In this document: piece by piece, positions 23,334-32,908 of the stretch
How positions within the stretch are numbered: position 1 is the first letter of the stretch
How the letters are laid out: each line of letters opens with the position of its first letter
From: Methanobacteriota archaeon
GTDB lineage: Archaea > Methanobacteriota > Methanobacteria > Methanobacteriales > Methanobacteriaceae
Length of the DNA stretch: 64,000 nucleotides
Assembly (NCBI GenBank): GCA_963787255.1
Contig: CAWBCJ010000029.1
Span: forward strand, 800,001-864,000
Direction: 5' to 3'
Program-made: the position numbers and the translations under genes
The notes under the pieces: generated by a model
What the model saw: only the letters and a program-made list of their open reading frames with translations
Databases searched by the model: none
Told to the model about the DNA's origin: nothing

Positions 23334-24929
23334 TCATTCTTTAAAAGTTAACATGAAAAAAGCACCATTGTTATTTTTAAGCTCTACTTCACTGTTAAGC
23401 TGGTCTTTCAAACTATTTACAAGACGTAAACCTAAAGTTTCAGTATTTTTTAAATCCAGATTTTCAGGATAACCTATACCATTATCAGATACTCTCATTT
23501 CATACATATCTCCATTATAATGGAAATTTATACAAATTTTACCTTTTTTATTTACATTAAATTCGCTTTCAGAAATTTCATCAGGAAATGCGTGTTTTAT
23601 AGAATTAGTTATAAGTTCATTAATAATTAAACCACAGGGGAGCGCTTTATTAATATCTAATAAGACATTATCCACATCAACCTCAAGATCAATAAATGGA
23701 CTTATTTCATACGATCGATAAAGATCTGATGCTAATTGAGGAATATATTCTGCAAAATTTATTTTTGATAAGTCTTCTGACTGATACAACTTTTCATGAA
23801 TTAGTGCTATTGATTTAACACGGTTTTGAATTTCTTTGAAAGCATCATACACTCTTTCATCGTCTATATTATTCGATTGAAGATTTATTAGAGAGCTTAT
23901 TATCTGTAAATTATTTTTAACTCTATGATGAATTTCCCGAAGGAGAACCTCTTTTTCTTCTAGAGATTTCATTATTCTATCTTCTCCTTTTTTTTGCTCG
24001 GTTATATCTTCAAGCGTTTCTACAGCACCTATTATGTCGCCTTTAGAATTTCTAATGGCTGCTGCAGTAAAATGTAACCATTTTCCTTCTTCTCCTAATA
24101 ATGGGAAATAATCTATTGCTTCACATGCATCGTCTAAAATTTCAGATCTTTTATATTTTCCATCAAAGAATTTGGGAATATCTTCATAGCGCTTATCTAC
24201 AAGAAGATCAGCCATACATGGCATTTTTGAGTTATAAAATGCCATCCAATGATTTTTAGTGCCCACTATATCTTCAGCAGAAATATTACTATGTATTTCT
24301 AAAGCCTTGTTCCAGTAAATTACATTATGATCACTATCAATTACAAATTGAGGAACTGGAGAAAAATGTATGATTTCCTTTAATTTTTTCTCGCTTTCCT
24401 GTAATGCTTCCTCTAATTCTCTTCTTCTTATTATTTCCTTTTGTAATTCTTCATTTGCCTCTTGGAGTTCTTTTGTCCTTTCTTTAACTTTGTTTTCCAA
24501 CTCTGCATGCGCTTGAAGAAGTGATTCTTCCGCTATTTTACGTTCAGCTTTTTCTTCAGCTTCTTTTAAAGCTCGATGAATTGCAGGCGTTAGTTTTGAA
24601 AGGTTATTTTTAAAAATATAGTCCGTTGCACCGGTTTTAAGCATTTCTACGGCAAACTCTTCTCCTATTTTACCACTTACAAAAAAGAATGGTGTATCAG
24701 GAGATTTTTCCATTGCAATTTTTAATGCTGAAACACCATCAAATGAAGGAAGCGAATGATCTGCAAGTATTAAATCAGGTTTATATTCATTAAGCGAGTT
24801 TATGAAATCATTTTCTTTTTCAACGACCTTTGAAGAAAATTGTATTCCTTCACGGCGTAATTCATATTCGATTAACTCTGCATCAAATGAAACGTCTTCA
24901 AGTATCAATATTTTAATTTTTTCCTTCAT
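23334..24929 (-). CDS. Hybrid REC-PAS-HisKA_2 histidine kinase
   Basis: N-terminal receiver, coiled coil, PAS, EIHHRVKNNLQ, NELITNSIKHAF, DNGIG, LGL. Confidence 0.92.
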   Translation of the reverse strand: MKEKIKILILEDVSFDAELIEYELRREGIQFSSKVVEKENDFINSLNEYKPDLILADHSLPSFDGVSALKIAMEKSPDTPFFFVSGKIGEEFAVEMLKTGATDYIFKNNLSKLTPAIHRALKEAEEKAERKIAEESLLQAHAELENKVKERTKELQEANEELQKEIIRRRELEEALQESEKKLKEIIHFSPVPQFVIDSDHNVIYWNKALEIHSNISAEDIVGTKNHWMAFYNSKMPCMADLLVDKRYEDIPKFFDGKYKRSEILDDACEAIDYFPLLGEEGKWLHFTAAAIRNSKGDIIGAVETLEDITEQKKGEDRIMKSLEEKEVLLREIHHRVKNNLQIISSLINLQSNNIDDERVYDAFKEIQNRVKSIALIHEKLYQSEDLSKINFAEYIPQLASDLYRSYEISPFIDLEVDVDNVLLDINKALPCGLIINELITNSIKHAFPDEISESEFNVNKKGKICINFHYNGDMYEMRVSDNGIGYPENLDLKNTETLGLRLVNSLKDQLNSEVELKNNNGAFFMLTFKE

Positions 24930-24944
24930 TGTAATCTCCCTTTT

Positions 24945-25394
24945 TTATTCAGGTGATTTATTCAGCAACATCCAGTATAATCCCAGTGTTGAAACGGCTT
25001 CGGTGAATTCTTCAAACTCTACAGGTTTGCTAACATAACTGTTCACCCCAAGATTGTAGCTTTCTACAATATCTTCATCCTCTTTAGATGATGTTAAGAC
25101 AACAATAGGAATTTTATTTGTTCTTGGATCGGCTTTAATTTTGCGAAGAACTTCCATTCCGTCAACTTTAGGCATTCTTAAATCAAGCAGAACTAATTTG
25201 GGAAGATCCTGAACTTCCCTTTGGGAATATCTGCCTGATGCAAAGATAAATTCAAGTGCTTCCTCTCCATCTTTGACCCAGACCAAATTGTTAGCAAGGT
25301 TTTTTCTCTTTAACGCCCTAATTGTAAGCTCAGCATCTGTTTCATTATCCTCTACAAGCAGCACTTCAATTTCATCAAAACCCATTTTCTTCAC
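24945..25394 (-). CDS. Stand-alone response regulator (Rcp1-like)
   Basis: [34 protein letters not shown]. Confidence 0.93.
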   Translation of the reverse strand: MKKMGFDEIEVLLVEDNETDAELTIRALKRKNLANNLVWVKDGEEALEFIFASGRYSQREVQDLPKLVLLDLRMPKVDGMEVLRKIKADPRTNKIPIVVLTSSKEDEDIVESYNLGVNSYVSKPVEFEEFTEAVSTLGLYWMLLNKSPE

Positions 25395-25410
25395 TTCCAG
25401 TCATAATTCA

Positions 25411-26490
25411 TTATTCCTTTTTTGTGTTATTTGGAATGGAAAAATAAAAGGTAGCTCCTTTATTGAGTTCTCCTTCTCCCCAGACAGTTCCTCCGTGTCT
25501 TCGAATTACTCGTTGCACAATGGAAAGTCCAACACCAGTACCTTCAAATTCGTCGGCACCATGCAGTCTTTGGAATAAACCAAAAAGCTTATCCATATAT
25601 CTCATGTCAAAACCCACACCATTATCCTTCACATAATATATAACTTCATTTTTCCTGTTTTTTGACCCTACTTCAATTATTCTTTCATCTTTTGGTTCTG
25701 TAAATTTAAATGAATTAGAGATAAGGTTGTTAAGAACTTGTTGAAGTAATGCTCTATCTCCATAAGAAGGAGGAATGGATTTAATCTCCAAATGTACATT
25801 TTGAGCTTGTGATGATAATTTTTGCTCTTCAAATACTCTTGTTACGAGTTCTTCCATATTTATCTTTGTGAATTTCATTTCCTGACGGCTTGCACGGGAT
25901 AATAAAAGTATATCGTCAATAAGTTGCCCCATTTTATGTGTATTTTCTCGAATGATTTTTAATAGTCTTTTACCTTCATCATCAAGTTTATCTTCGTAAT
26001 CTTCTATTACAATACGGGAAAATCCATCAATTGCTCTAAGAGGGACTCTAAGATCGTGTGAAACTGAATATGCAAATGCTTCAAGTTCTTTATTGGCATC
26101 TTCAAGTTTTTCTGTCCGTTTTGTTAATTTATCATTCATTTCATTTAGAATTCTCACTTTTTCCATTCTTTCGAATAAAAAGGCTACCATAACGACTATT
26201 AAAAGTACCATTAACAATCGAAAATAGTCTTCATTGAATAAATCTCCTAATCCTATTGAAATAAGCAGTATAAAAATTACTATTCCTATTAGAATTGTGG
26301 GAGCAAGCCATGTTCTTTTTTTCCACCAAAAAGAAACTAAAAATAAGGATCCATAAAATGAAAAAGCTAAATTAGAGTTATTTCCATGTGTAAAATTATA
26401 ATAGTATGCTAAAAAGAAAAATAAACATAATGAAGTGATCAATGCCATAAATCTATATTTTTCGGGTCTAAGCTGGAGGAATGCTGACAA
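25411..26490 (-). CDS. Membrane-bound sensor histidine kinase
   Basis: About 4 TM helices, [42 protein letters not shown]. Confidence 0.92.
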   Translation of the reverse strand: MSAFLQLRPEKYRFMALITSLCLFFFLAYYYNFTHGNNSNLAFSFYGSLFLVSFWWKKRTWLAPTILIGIVIFILLISIGLGDLFNEDYFRLLMVLLIVVMVAFLFERMEKVRILNEMNDKLTKRTEKLEDANKELEAFAYSVSHDLRVPLRAIDGFSRIVIEDYEDKLDDEGKRLLKIIRENTHKMGQLIDDILLLSRASRQEMKFTKINMEELVTRVFEEQKLSSQAQNVHLEIKSIPPSYGDRALLQQVLNNLISNSFKFTEPKDERIIEVGSKNRKNEVIYYVKDNGVGFDMRYMDKLFGLFQRLHGADEFEGTGVGLSIVQRVIRRHGGTVWGEGELNKGATFYFSIPNNTKKE

Positions 26491-26783
26491 TTTCTCACCT
26501 TATGTTAATATTGGTCATGATATTTAATGGTATATATTATTAGGAAGAACTTATTTATTTTTTTTCTTTATAAATTATCATATAATGTTTTTAAATTAAA
26601 TAGTACTTAAATATATAAGCTTAAATTCCAGAATAAGGATTCAGAACAAGAAAAAGTATTAAAAAATAGATAATTTTTATTATTAAATAATTTATTAAGA
26701 TTATTAAAGTGATTTTAGCATTAATCCCCACATTAATTCTAATCAAAGCATTTAAGGCATAATAATTTTAAATAAGCTTTTTT

Positions 26784-27086
26784 TTACAAATTATCTTTTT
26801 CTTTTAACTTCTTTTTAAGTAAAAAATTAATATCTATAAGATATTTTCCTTCCTCATCTGAAACAATAATTGAATCGTCTTCTAAAAGGGTAGGAAGATC
26901 TACTTCATAAATCCCATGATCGTGAACCATTATAGTTTCAACGGACTTCCCTAAGGGTTTTTCCTTTTTATCCTCTTTATCTTGTTGATGATATTCAAAA
27001 AAATGACTTCCACATTCTGGACATCCTTTAAGGATATCTTCCGGTTCCCCTTTAAACAAAGCGCCGCACTTAATGCACAGATGCAC
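26784..27086 (-). CDS. oapC: Zn-ribbon protein OapC (DUF2072)
   Basis: GTG start; HLCIKCG...[23 protein letters not shown]; follows DUF2073 and an Era-like GTPase. Confidence 0.8.
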   Translation of the reverse strand: MHLCIKCGALFKGEPEDILKGCPECGSHFFEYHQQDKEDKKEKPLGKSVETIMVHDHGIYEVDLPTLLEDDSIIVSDEEGKYLIDINFLLKKKLKEKDNL

Positions 27087-27438
27087 CAGAATCACCAAGA
27101 TTTGCAATCATTGATAAGAAATTGGACTTTTTCTTAACTGTTTTCATGACATTTGCAGGTCCGATTATGGTTAAACCAACGATTTTTTTCTTCGACATTC
27201 CAAAAAGAGATCTTTTGTCTTTTTCAAGGGTGTAGATGTCAATTCCAACAAAATTTTCAATATCTATCTCCCTCATGGTGGTTTCTATAAGTTCTGCTTC
27301 CTCTTCTGGGGTTAAGCCGCCTTCAATAATTACCAGATCTCCTCTTTTTACTCTTTCAACAATCATTGAAACCTTTTCCATGCTGCTTTGAGAATGAAGA
27401 GCATCTGAAGATAGAAAATCCATTTTTAAACCATTCAT
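27070..27438 (-). CDS. oapB: OapB (DUF2073)
   Basis: [29 protein letters not shown]. Confidence 0.85.
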   Translation of the reverse strand: MNGLKMDFLSSDALHSQSSMEKVSMIVERVKRGDLVIIEGGLTPEEEAELIETTMREIDIENFVGIDIYTLEKDKRSLFGMSKKKIVGLTIIGPANVMKTVKKKSNFLSMIANLGDSGASVH

Positions 27439-27473
27439 TTTTAAACCTCTGAATCTAATTCAATTAATCTCTT

Positions 27474-28094
27474 TTATCTGAACCTCTTTACCATGGCGTT
27501 ATAAAGTTCCCCTGTATTTTCACCATGCAAAGCGGAAATAGGCACTACTGTATGCTGTGGAAACACTGCAGTTATACGTTCAGGAGAAGATTCAGGAATA
27601 TCAATTTTATTAGCCACAATTACAAATGGAATTTTCCGGGCCTCTAAATTACCAATTATAGTAATATTAGCCTGCGTAAGGGGATCTTTAGTAGCATCGA
27701 CAACCAGAAGAACACCCGTAACGTCATCAAGCCATTTTATAGCCTCTATAATCCCTTTGGTGGCTTCTTTTGCCCTTTCCTTCGCTTCTACTTCTGATAA
27801 TCCATACTGTAGAAAATTCTTATAATCTATCTTGGTGGCGATTCCGGGAGTATCTATTATATCAAAATCCAGTTCAACGCCATTATGCTTAATACTTACT
27901 TTTTCCTGCCTGTAAACTTTTCTAGTTTCGTGAGGAATCTCTGATACTAACCCCAGAGGTTTTCCTAACCAGTCGTTGGTCATCGTGTTTGCTAACGTGG
28001 TTTTCCCGGAATTAGGATGACCATATAACCCTATTTTTAGTTTTTTGTCTTTACCTAGAAGTCTGTTTAAGAATCTTCTAAAAATGTTCTGCAT
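27474..28094 (-). CDS. oapA: Era-like GTP-binding protein OapA
   Basis: [24 protein letters not shown]; ERAKEATKG. Confidence 0.88.
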   Translation of the reverse strand: MQNIFRRFLNRLLGKDKKLKIGLYGHPNSGKTTLANTMTNDWLGKPLGLVSEIPHETRKVYRQEKVSIKHNGVELDFDIIDTPGIATKIDYKNFLQYGLSEVEAKERAKEATKGIIEAIKWLDDVTGVLLVVDATKDPLTQANITIIGNLEARKIPFVIVANKIDIPESSPERITAVFPQHTVVPISALHGENTGELYNAMVKRFR

Positions 28095-28098
28095 CGTA

Positions 28099-28797
28099 TC
28101 ACTCTTTATATATTTGGCCAGGTTCAAGGATAACAACCTTCATATCTTTGTTAATTGATTCAACTATATCTGCATACCTTTCTACATCTTGTTCAATTAC
28201 AGGGAATGTATTATAATGCATAGGGATTACAACTTCTGCATCAATCCATGCTGCAGCAATCGATGCTTCAAAAGGCCCCATTGTATACCTATCTCCAATT
28301 GGAAGTAAAGCAACACCCGGTTTATAAAGATCCCTTATTACAGTCTTCATATCTCCAAAAATACCGGTATCTCCAGAATGATAAATTATTCTGCCTTTTT
28401 CAAGCTGAATTATATAACCACAGGAGCTTCCACCTGCACACATTTCTTCAATAAAATCCATATCTGAGGAATGAGTGGAATTAACCATAGTTATTTTAAT
28501 ATTATGGATATTAATTGAACCTCCAATGTTCATTCCCATAGCTTCAAAGCCCTGCTTTGAAAGATATACAGAATGCTCATGATTACTCACTATTACAGCA
28601 CCCGTCCTGTTTGCAATCTCCATTGTGTCGCCAAAATGGTCAGCATGCCCATGTGTAACACATATTATATCAGCATCAACTTCTTCCACGGTAACTGGAC
28701 AAACGGGATTATTGCTTATAAAAGGATCTATTAGCATCTTTAAATTTTCATCGGTTATTATTTCAAAGGCAGAATGTCCCAACCATCTTATTTCCAT
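28099..28797 (-). CDS. Metallo-beta-lactamase-fold hydrolase (UPF0173-like)
   Basis: [34 protein letters not shown]. Confidence 0.9.
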   Translation of the reverse strand: MEIRWLGHSAFEIITDENLKMLIDPFISNNPVCPVTVEEVDADIICVTHGHADHFGDTMEIANRTGAVIVSNHEHSVYLSKQGFEAMGMNIGGSINIHNIKITMVNSTHSSDMDFIEEMCAGGSSCGYIIQLEKGRIIYHSGDTGIFGDMKTVIRDLYKPGVALLPIGDRYTMGPFEASIAAAWIDAEVVIPMHYNTFPVIEQDVERYADIVESINKDMKVVILEPGQIYKE

Positions 28798-28816
28798 GAC
28801 TTTTAACTCCAATTAA

Positions 28817-30097
28817 TTAATTTAAACTAAGATCTACTTCCTGGGAGAGCTCCCACGCTTCTTCAAACATTCTCTCAATTTCATCAATCGATTTTTGATC
28901 TTTATAGATTACTCCAACCTCAAAACTCTCATATATAGGATCTGTAGATATTATTAAACCGTTATCCGCATCTGACACGATTGCAACTGTATGAACATGA
29001 GGCATGGTTCTTATTTTAACATCATTTTCCATTAAAAGTTTAATAAGCTCAACTGATGCATCATCATCCAGACTTGCTTCTTGTAAGATCATTTTGCTAT
29101 CAGTTTCCATAAATCTCTTTAAAACGCTGACATCTATGTTACGAATCCATGGATACATAATCAATATTTTTTCATCCGCTTTTAAAATTGTTTCCTGCAT
29201 GGTTTCCTGAACGTCTCCAGCATCAAATGACCATATTATGCTCGGATCCTTGGATTCAGACTTAATCTGATTCAATGTTCCTTTAAAAGAATCAAGACGC
29301 TCTTCAATTAGATTTTCAATATCTTCAGCGTTTTTAATGTAGTTTTCTTTTAACCTTTCCAATCTGTTCTTTACGTACTCATTTTCGGTTTTATCATACT
29401 TCACAGGCTCCACCTTTTTGTTCACAGCAGATTTAGGTTTTTTATCTTTTAATTTATCTTCTAAAGGAATTTTTTTCTCGATAGGTACCGGTTTTATTTC
29501 TTTAGAAGCTGCTTTAGGCATGTCTGTCCCGGTTTTATGATCTAAAATAGGTTTATTAGGAGTTTTAACTGGTTTTATTTCTTTAGGAATAACTTTTGGT
29601 TTATTTTCACCAGTTTTTGGAATTTCATTTTTTTCTGCAGTAAAAGTAGGATTATTAACACCTGATATCCTTTTAGGCTCAATTTTTTTAGGAACTACCT
29701 GTTTTTTTCCCTTTTCCTCAACAATATCCTTTCTATCTGTTACTAATTTCTTAATACTGGACTCTTGAGGTTTTTTTGCAACTTTAGGCTGTATTTTCCT
29801 TGGTGATTCAGGTATATCTGCCTTTTTAGGCATATTTTTAGGCTTCACAACGCTTTTAGCACTCGTGGATCCGTTTTTACTGGATTCATTAACCTTTTTT
29901 TCTTTCGATCTTGTTTGGAATTGCGCAGTATCGATCTTACTTCCAAAGATAATAACCAGCATTGCCCCTAAAACAGTAAGAATTAAACCTATAAAGAAAA
30001 ACGAGATATTTGGAGGGGTTGCAAATCCATAAGACATCGCATAGAAACCTCCAATAATTAATATGACTCCAAAAGCTGCAATAAGTATATTGATCAT
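28817..30097 (-). CDS. Membrane protein: 2 TM, Lys/Pro-rich linker, coiled coil, PLD-like C-terminal domain
   Basis: Two N-terminal hydrophobic helices; K/P/E-rich middle; ILIMYPWI...HTVAIVSD...FEVGV...FEEAW PLD-fold pattern. Confidence 0.7.
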   Translation of the reverse strand: MINILIAAFGVILIIGGFYAMSYGFATPPNISFFFIGLILTVLGAMLVIIFGSKIDTAQFQTRSKEKKVNESSKNGSTSAKSVVKPKNMPKKADIPESPRKIQPKVAKKPQESSIKKLVTDRKDIVEEKGKKQVVPKKIEPKRISGVNNPTFTAEKNEIPKTGENKPKVIPKEIKPVKTPNKPILDHKTGTDMPKAASKEIKPVPIEKKIPLEDKLKDKKPKSAVNKKVEPVKYDKTENEYVKNRLERLKENYIKNAEDIENLIEERLDSFKGTLNQIKSESKDPSIIWSFDAGDVQETMQETILKADEKILIMYPWIRNIDVSVLKRFMETDSKMILQEASLDDDASVELIKLLMENDVKIRTMPHVHTVAIVSDADNGLIISTDPIYESFEVGVIYKDQKSIDEIERMFEEAWELSQEVDLSLN

Positions 30098-30123
30098 TTG
30101 ATGCCTCCAATCATATCTTCTCT

Positions 30124-31290
30124 TTATTCATTATAAAGATTACTCTTAAATTCTGCACTTTTTAAGATAATCTCCACTGCCTTCCGAGTTCCATTATACT
30201 TAGAAAATTCTTTTCTAATGTTGTCTATTTTTTTTATTAAAACTTCATCCTTTAAAATGTTATTTATATCGCCAGCAAGTTCTTCTGGATTAATCTCATC
30301 TATTTTTTTTACCAAGGAAATGCCATATCTTTCCATGGTTAAAGCATTTTTAAGCTGCTCAGAATGGTTTTCAATAGGTATAAGTATATTGGGGATGCCC
30401 AATGAAGCAATTTCCATAGTTGTGGTGTGACCAGCAAGACTTATTATAATGTCAGATAGTTTCATCCATTCCATAATATTTTCTAAAAACTTCTTTTTTA
30501 TTATTTTATCATCATCAGGAATAAAATCAGAATCTATTTGGGGACCAGTTACCATTATTATTTTATCAGCGTCTATTTCTCCCGATGCTTCATAAATAAA
30601 ACTAAGCAGTCTTTTCCCAAATTCACTTCCCCCAACAGTAACCAGAACTATCCTCTCATCCTCTTTAAAACCTAATTTTTCCCTTATTTTCTTTTTATCC
30701 TCTATTTCATCCGGATTTTGCTTAAGAAAAGGCCCCGTAAATATAGTCTTCTCCATTAATTTTGGAGGTATCTTAATGGAATTTTCAACATCTGGAATTA
30801 AAATAGCATCACATTGCTTTGAAACATCATTAATAAATCTTTTAAGCCCATTTTCAAGGTACTCCATTGTTCTTTCCTTAGGATAAAGTTCAGAAAAATT
30901 AAGTGTTAATTCGTTAGTAATCATGATGCAAGGTATTCCAAGAACTCTTGCAGTTATGGGAACAGAATAATGCGCATCTGCAACTATAACATCCGGTTTA
31001 AACTTTTTAATTATTTTTGATTCATTATATATACTTTTAAGGAAAATAAAAGGAGCATCTATCGATTTTTTGGCCGTATGTTTTATATCAAACCCGCCGT
31101 TTGCACCATAAAATTTAATATCCGGTAATTTGGCTGTCTCGTACTTTCCATACTCTTTAAGCATTTCATAGCCTAATCCATAACTTGCAAATACAACGTC
31201 GATGTTTCTTTCCTGCAGCTTCTCTGCAATGGCAATACATCTGGATGTATGTCCCATGCCTATACCGCAAGGCATCATGAGTACTTTCAT
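30124..31290 (-). CDS. MurG-like glycosyltransferase (GT28)
   Basis: GIGMGHTSR, LVTVGGS, SLAGHTTTMEI, HSEQLKNA. Confidence 0.85.
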   Translation of the reverse strand: MKVLMMPCGIGMGHTSRCIAIAEKLQERNIDVVFASYGLGYEMLKEYGKYETAKLPDIKFYGANGGFDIKHTAKKSIDAPFIFLKSIYNESKIIKKFKPDVIVADAHYSVPITARVLGIPCIMITNELTLNFSELYPKERTMEYLENGLKRFINDVSKQCDAILIPDVENSIKIPPKLMEKTIFTGPFLKQNPDEIEDKKKIREKLGFKEDERIVLVTVGGSEFGKRLLSFIYEASGEIDADKIIMVTGPQIDSDFIPDDDKIIKKKFLENIMEWMKLSDIIISLAGHTTTMEIASLGIPNILIPIENHSEQLKNALTMERYGISLVKKIDEINPEELAGDINNILKDEVLIKKIDNIRKEFSKYNGTRKAVEIILKSAEFKSNLYNE

Positions 31291-31461
31291 ATCAATATAA
31301 CCTCTAAAAAAATGTTTTATAAATAAAATCTAATTGCATTTCTATTTTTTTTGAATTAAATTTAACGGTGCTAGCACATCGTAAGATGAAAAGAAAGATT
31401 CTTTACACATATAATATTTTTTTATACCATTAAATGAAATATATAATAAATGTACCTTCCT

Positions 31462-31612
31462 ATGAGTTTTATAAAAAGATGAAGGCCACAGGGAACGGCT
31501 GAATACATCCGGCTTTTCAGCGGAGTGATTATCATTGTCAATAGCTGCACTTTTAATTTATAGAAATCATGTTAATAACAACAAATCCACTGAGGACTTG
31601 AACACTGATTAG
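31462..31612 (+). pseudogene. Decayed copy of the class III signal-peptide pilin-like gene
   Basis: Aligns with the 32462 gene as [34 protein letters not shown], with about three indels and non-conservative changes. Confidence 0.75.
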
Positions 31613-31663
31613 AGCAAATATGACATAATAATTTTATTATTTAAGTTTTTATTTGTTAAATGA

Positions 31664-32230
31664 CTATTCATGGGAATTAATATAACTAACAAGACTCTTC
31701 AGCAAATCTGCTGACCCGGCTTCATTACTTAAACTCCACGCAAGCTTATTTATCAAAACGGTTTTCTGATCTTTTGCCTGATTGTTTATATAGTAAATTA
31801 TTTTATTGAAAAGAAGATTAACATTCTTTATTTCAATTTCATCATTAAAATCATTATTTTTTAGTTCATCAATTTTTCCTCTAAAAATCATTTTAAGCTT
31901 ATTAGACGATTCTTTCACTTCTAACGAATCTTTACTTTCTAACTGATTAATAAGAAGACCAATTTCTAAAGGATTAGTTTCCATCTGACCGAATATAATA
32001 CCCTCTGCCTTAATTGACTGGATTCTTTTCATCCCATTATAAACATCAAAATCATATCCAGTAATATAAATCTCTCCCTCCTTTAAGAGATTCATTAAAA
32101 TTTCATTTAGAGTTTTATCAGACACAGATCTACCTGATTTCTTTCTAATACCTTCCAGAATCCTTCGTTTAGGAAGTTCGTTTTCCTGAATTATTTCCAG
32201 GGTTAATTCCCTTAAATTATTTCTCGGCAT
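31664..32230 (-). CDS. Hypothetical protein with probable N-terminal winged-helix domain
   Basis: ILEGIRKKSGRSVSDKTLNEILMNLLKEGEI helix pattern; GTGGGG RBS-like sequence before MPRNN. Confidence 0.6.
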   Translation of the reverse strand: MPRNNLRELTLEIIQENELPKRRILEGIRKKSGRSVSDKTLNEILMNLLKEGEIYITGYDFDVYNGMKRIQSIKAEGIIFGQMETNPLEIGLLINQLESKDSLEVKESSNKLKMIFRGKIDELKNNDFNDEIEIKNVNLLFNKIIYYINNQAKDQKTVLINKLAWSLSNEAGSADLLKSLVSYINSHE

Positions 32231-32461
32231 AGTCCCCACGCTGCAAATTTTATATGTGAACATATGCACAAAGTAGTATAAAAAGTAATTGTGTATGTGA
32301 GAACAATAACTCATAAGAAATAGAATCCAGTATGATGTGAGGTGATATAAAAAATAATAAATCTTATTATCAACTAAAAATATAAAAAACTATTAACAAA
32401 TATTTTATATATAAGTAAATGTATAAAAAAAATTACATAATTAAAATGGAGGTGCTGTAAT

Positions 32462-32665
<204 letters not shown>

Positions 32666-32839
32666 ATGTTAATGGATGAAAAAGCCCAAATAAGTGCAGA
32701 AATGATTCTTTTAATGGGAGCATTATTGGTGCTTGTAATTGTAGCAGGAAATTATATATTTGGAATTTCAAAATCTGTAGCAGGAAATGTATCTGATGTT
32801 GTGGATTCTGCAAAAAATTCAGCCATTAACAAAATGTAA
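32666..32839 (+). CDS. Second class III signal-peptide pilin-like protein (57 aa, absent from the ORF track)
   Basis: [57 protein letters not shown]. Confidence 0.85.
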   Translation: MLMDEKAQISAEMILLMGALLVLVIVAGNYIFGISKSVAGNVSDVVDSAKNSAINKM

Positions 32840-32908
32840 TTTTCCATTAATTTCTTTTTTTAATTTTAATTATTTAGAAACTAATTCGTATAATATTCAT
32901 ATCTACAT

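Noticed and set aside
26490-26784. Possible replication origin next to oapABC
   Set aside because: AT-rich, but I see no repeated ORB-like boxes and no cdc6/orc1 gene in the window.
29400-29900. Tandem DNA repeats in the K/P-rich linker
   Set aside because: Only loose amino-acid-level recurrence, not a discrete nucleotide repeat array.
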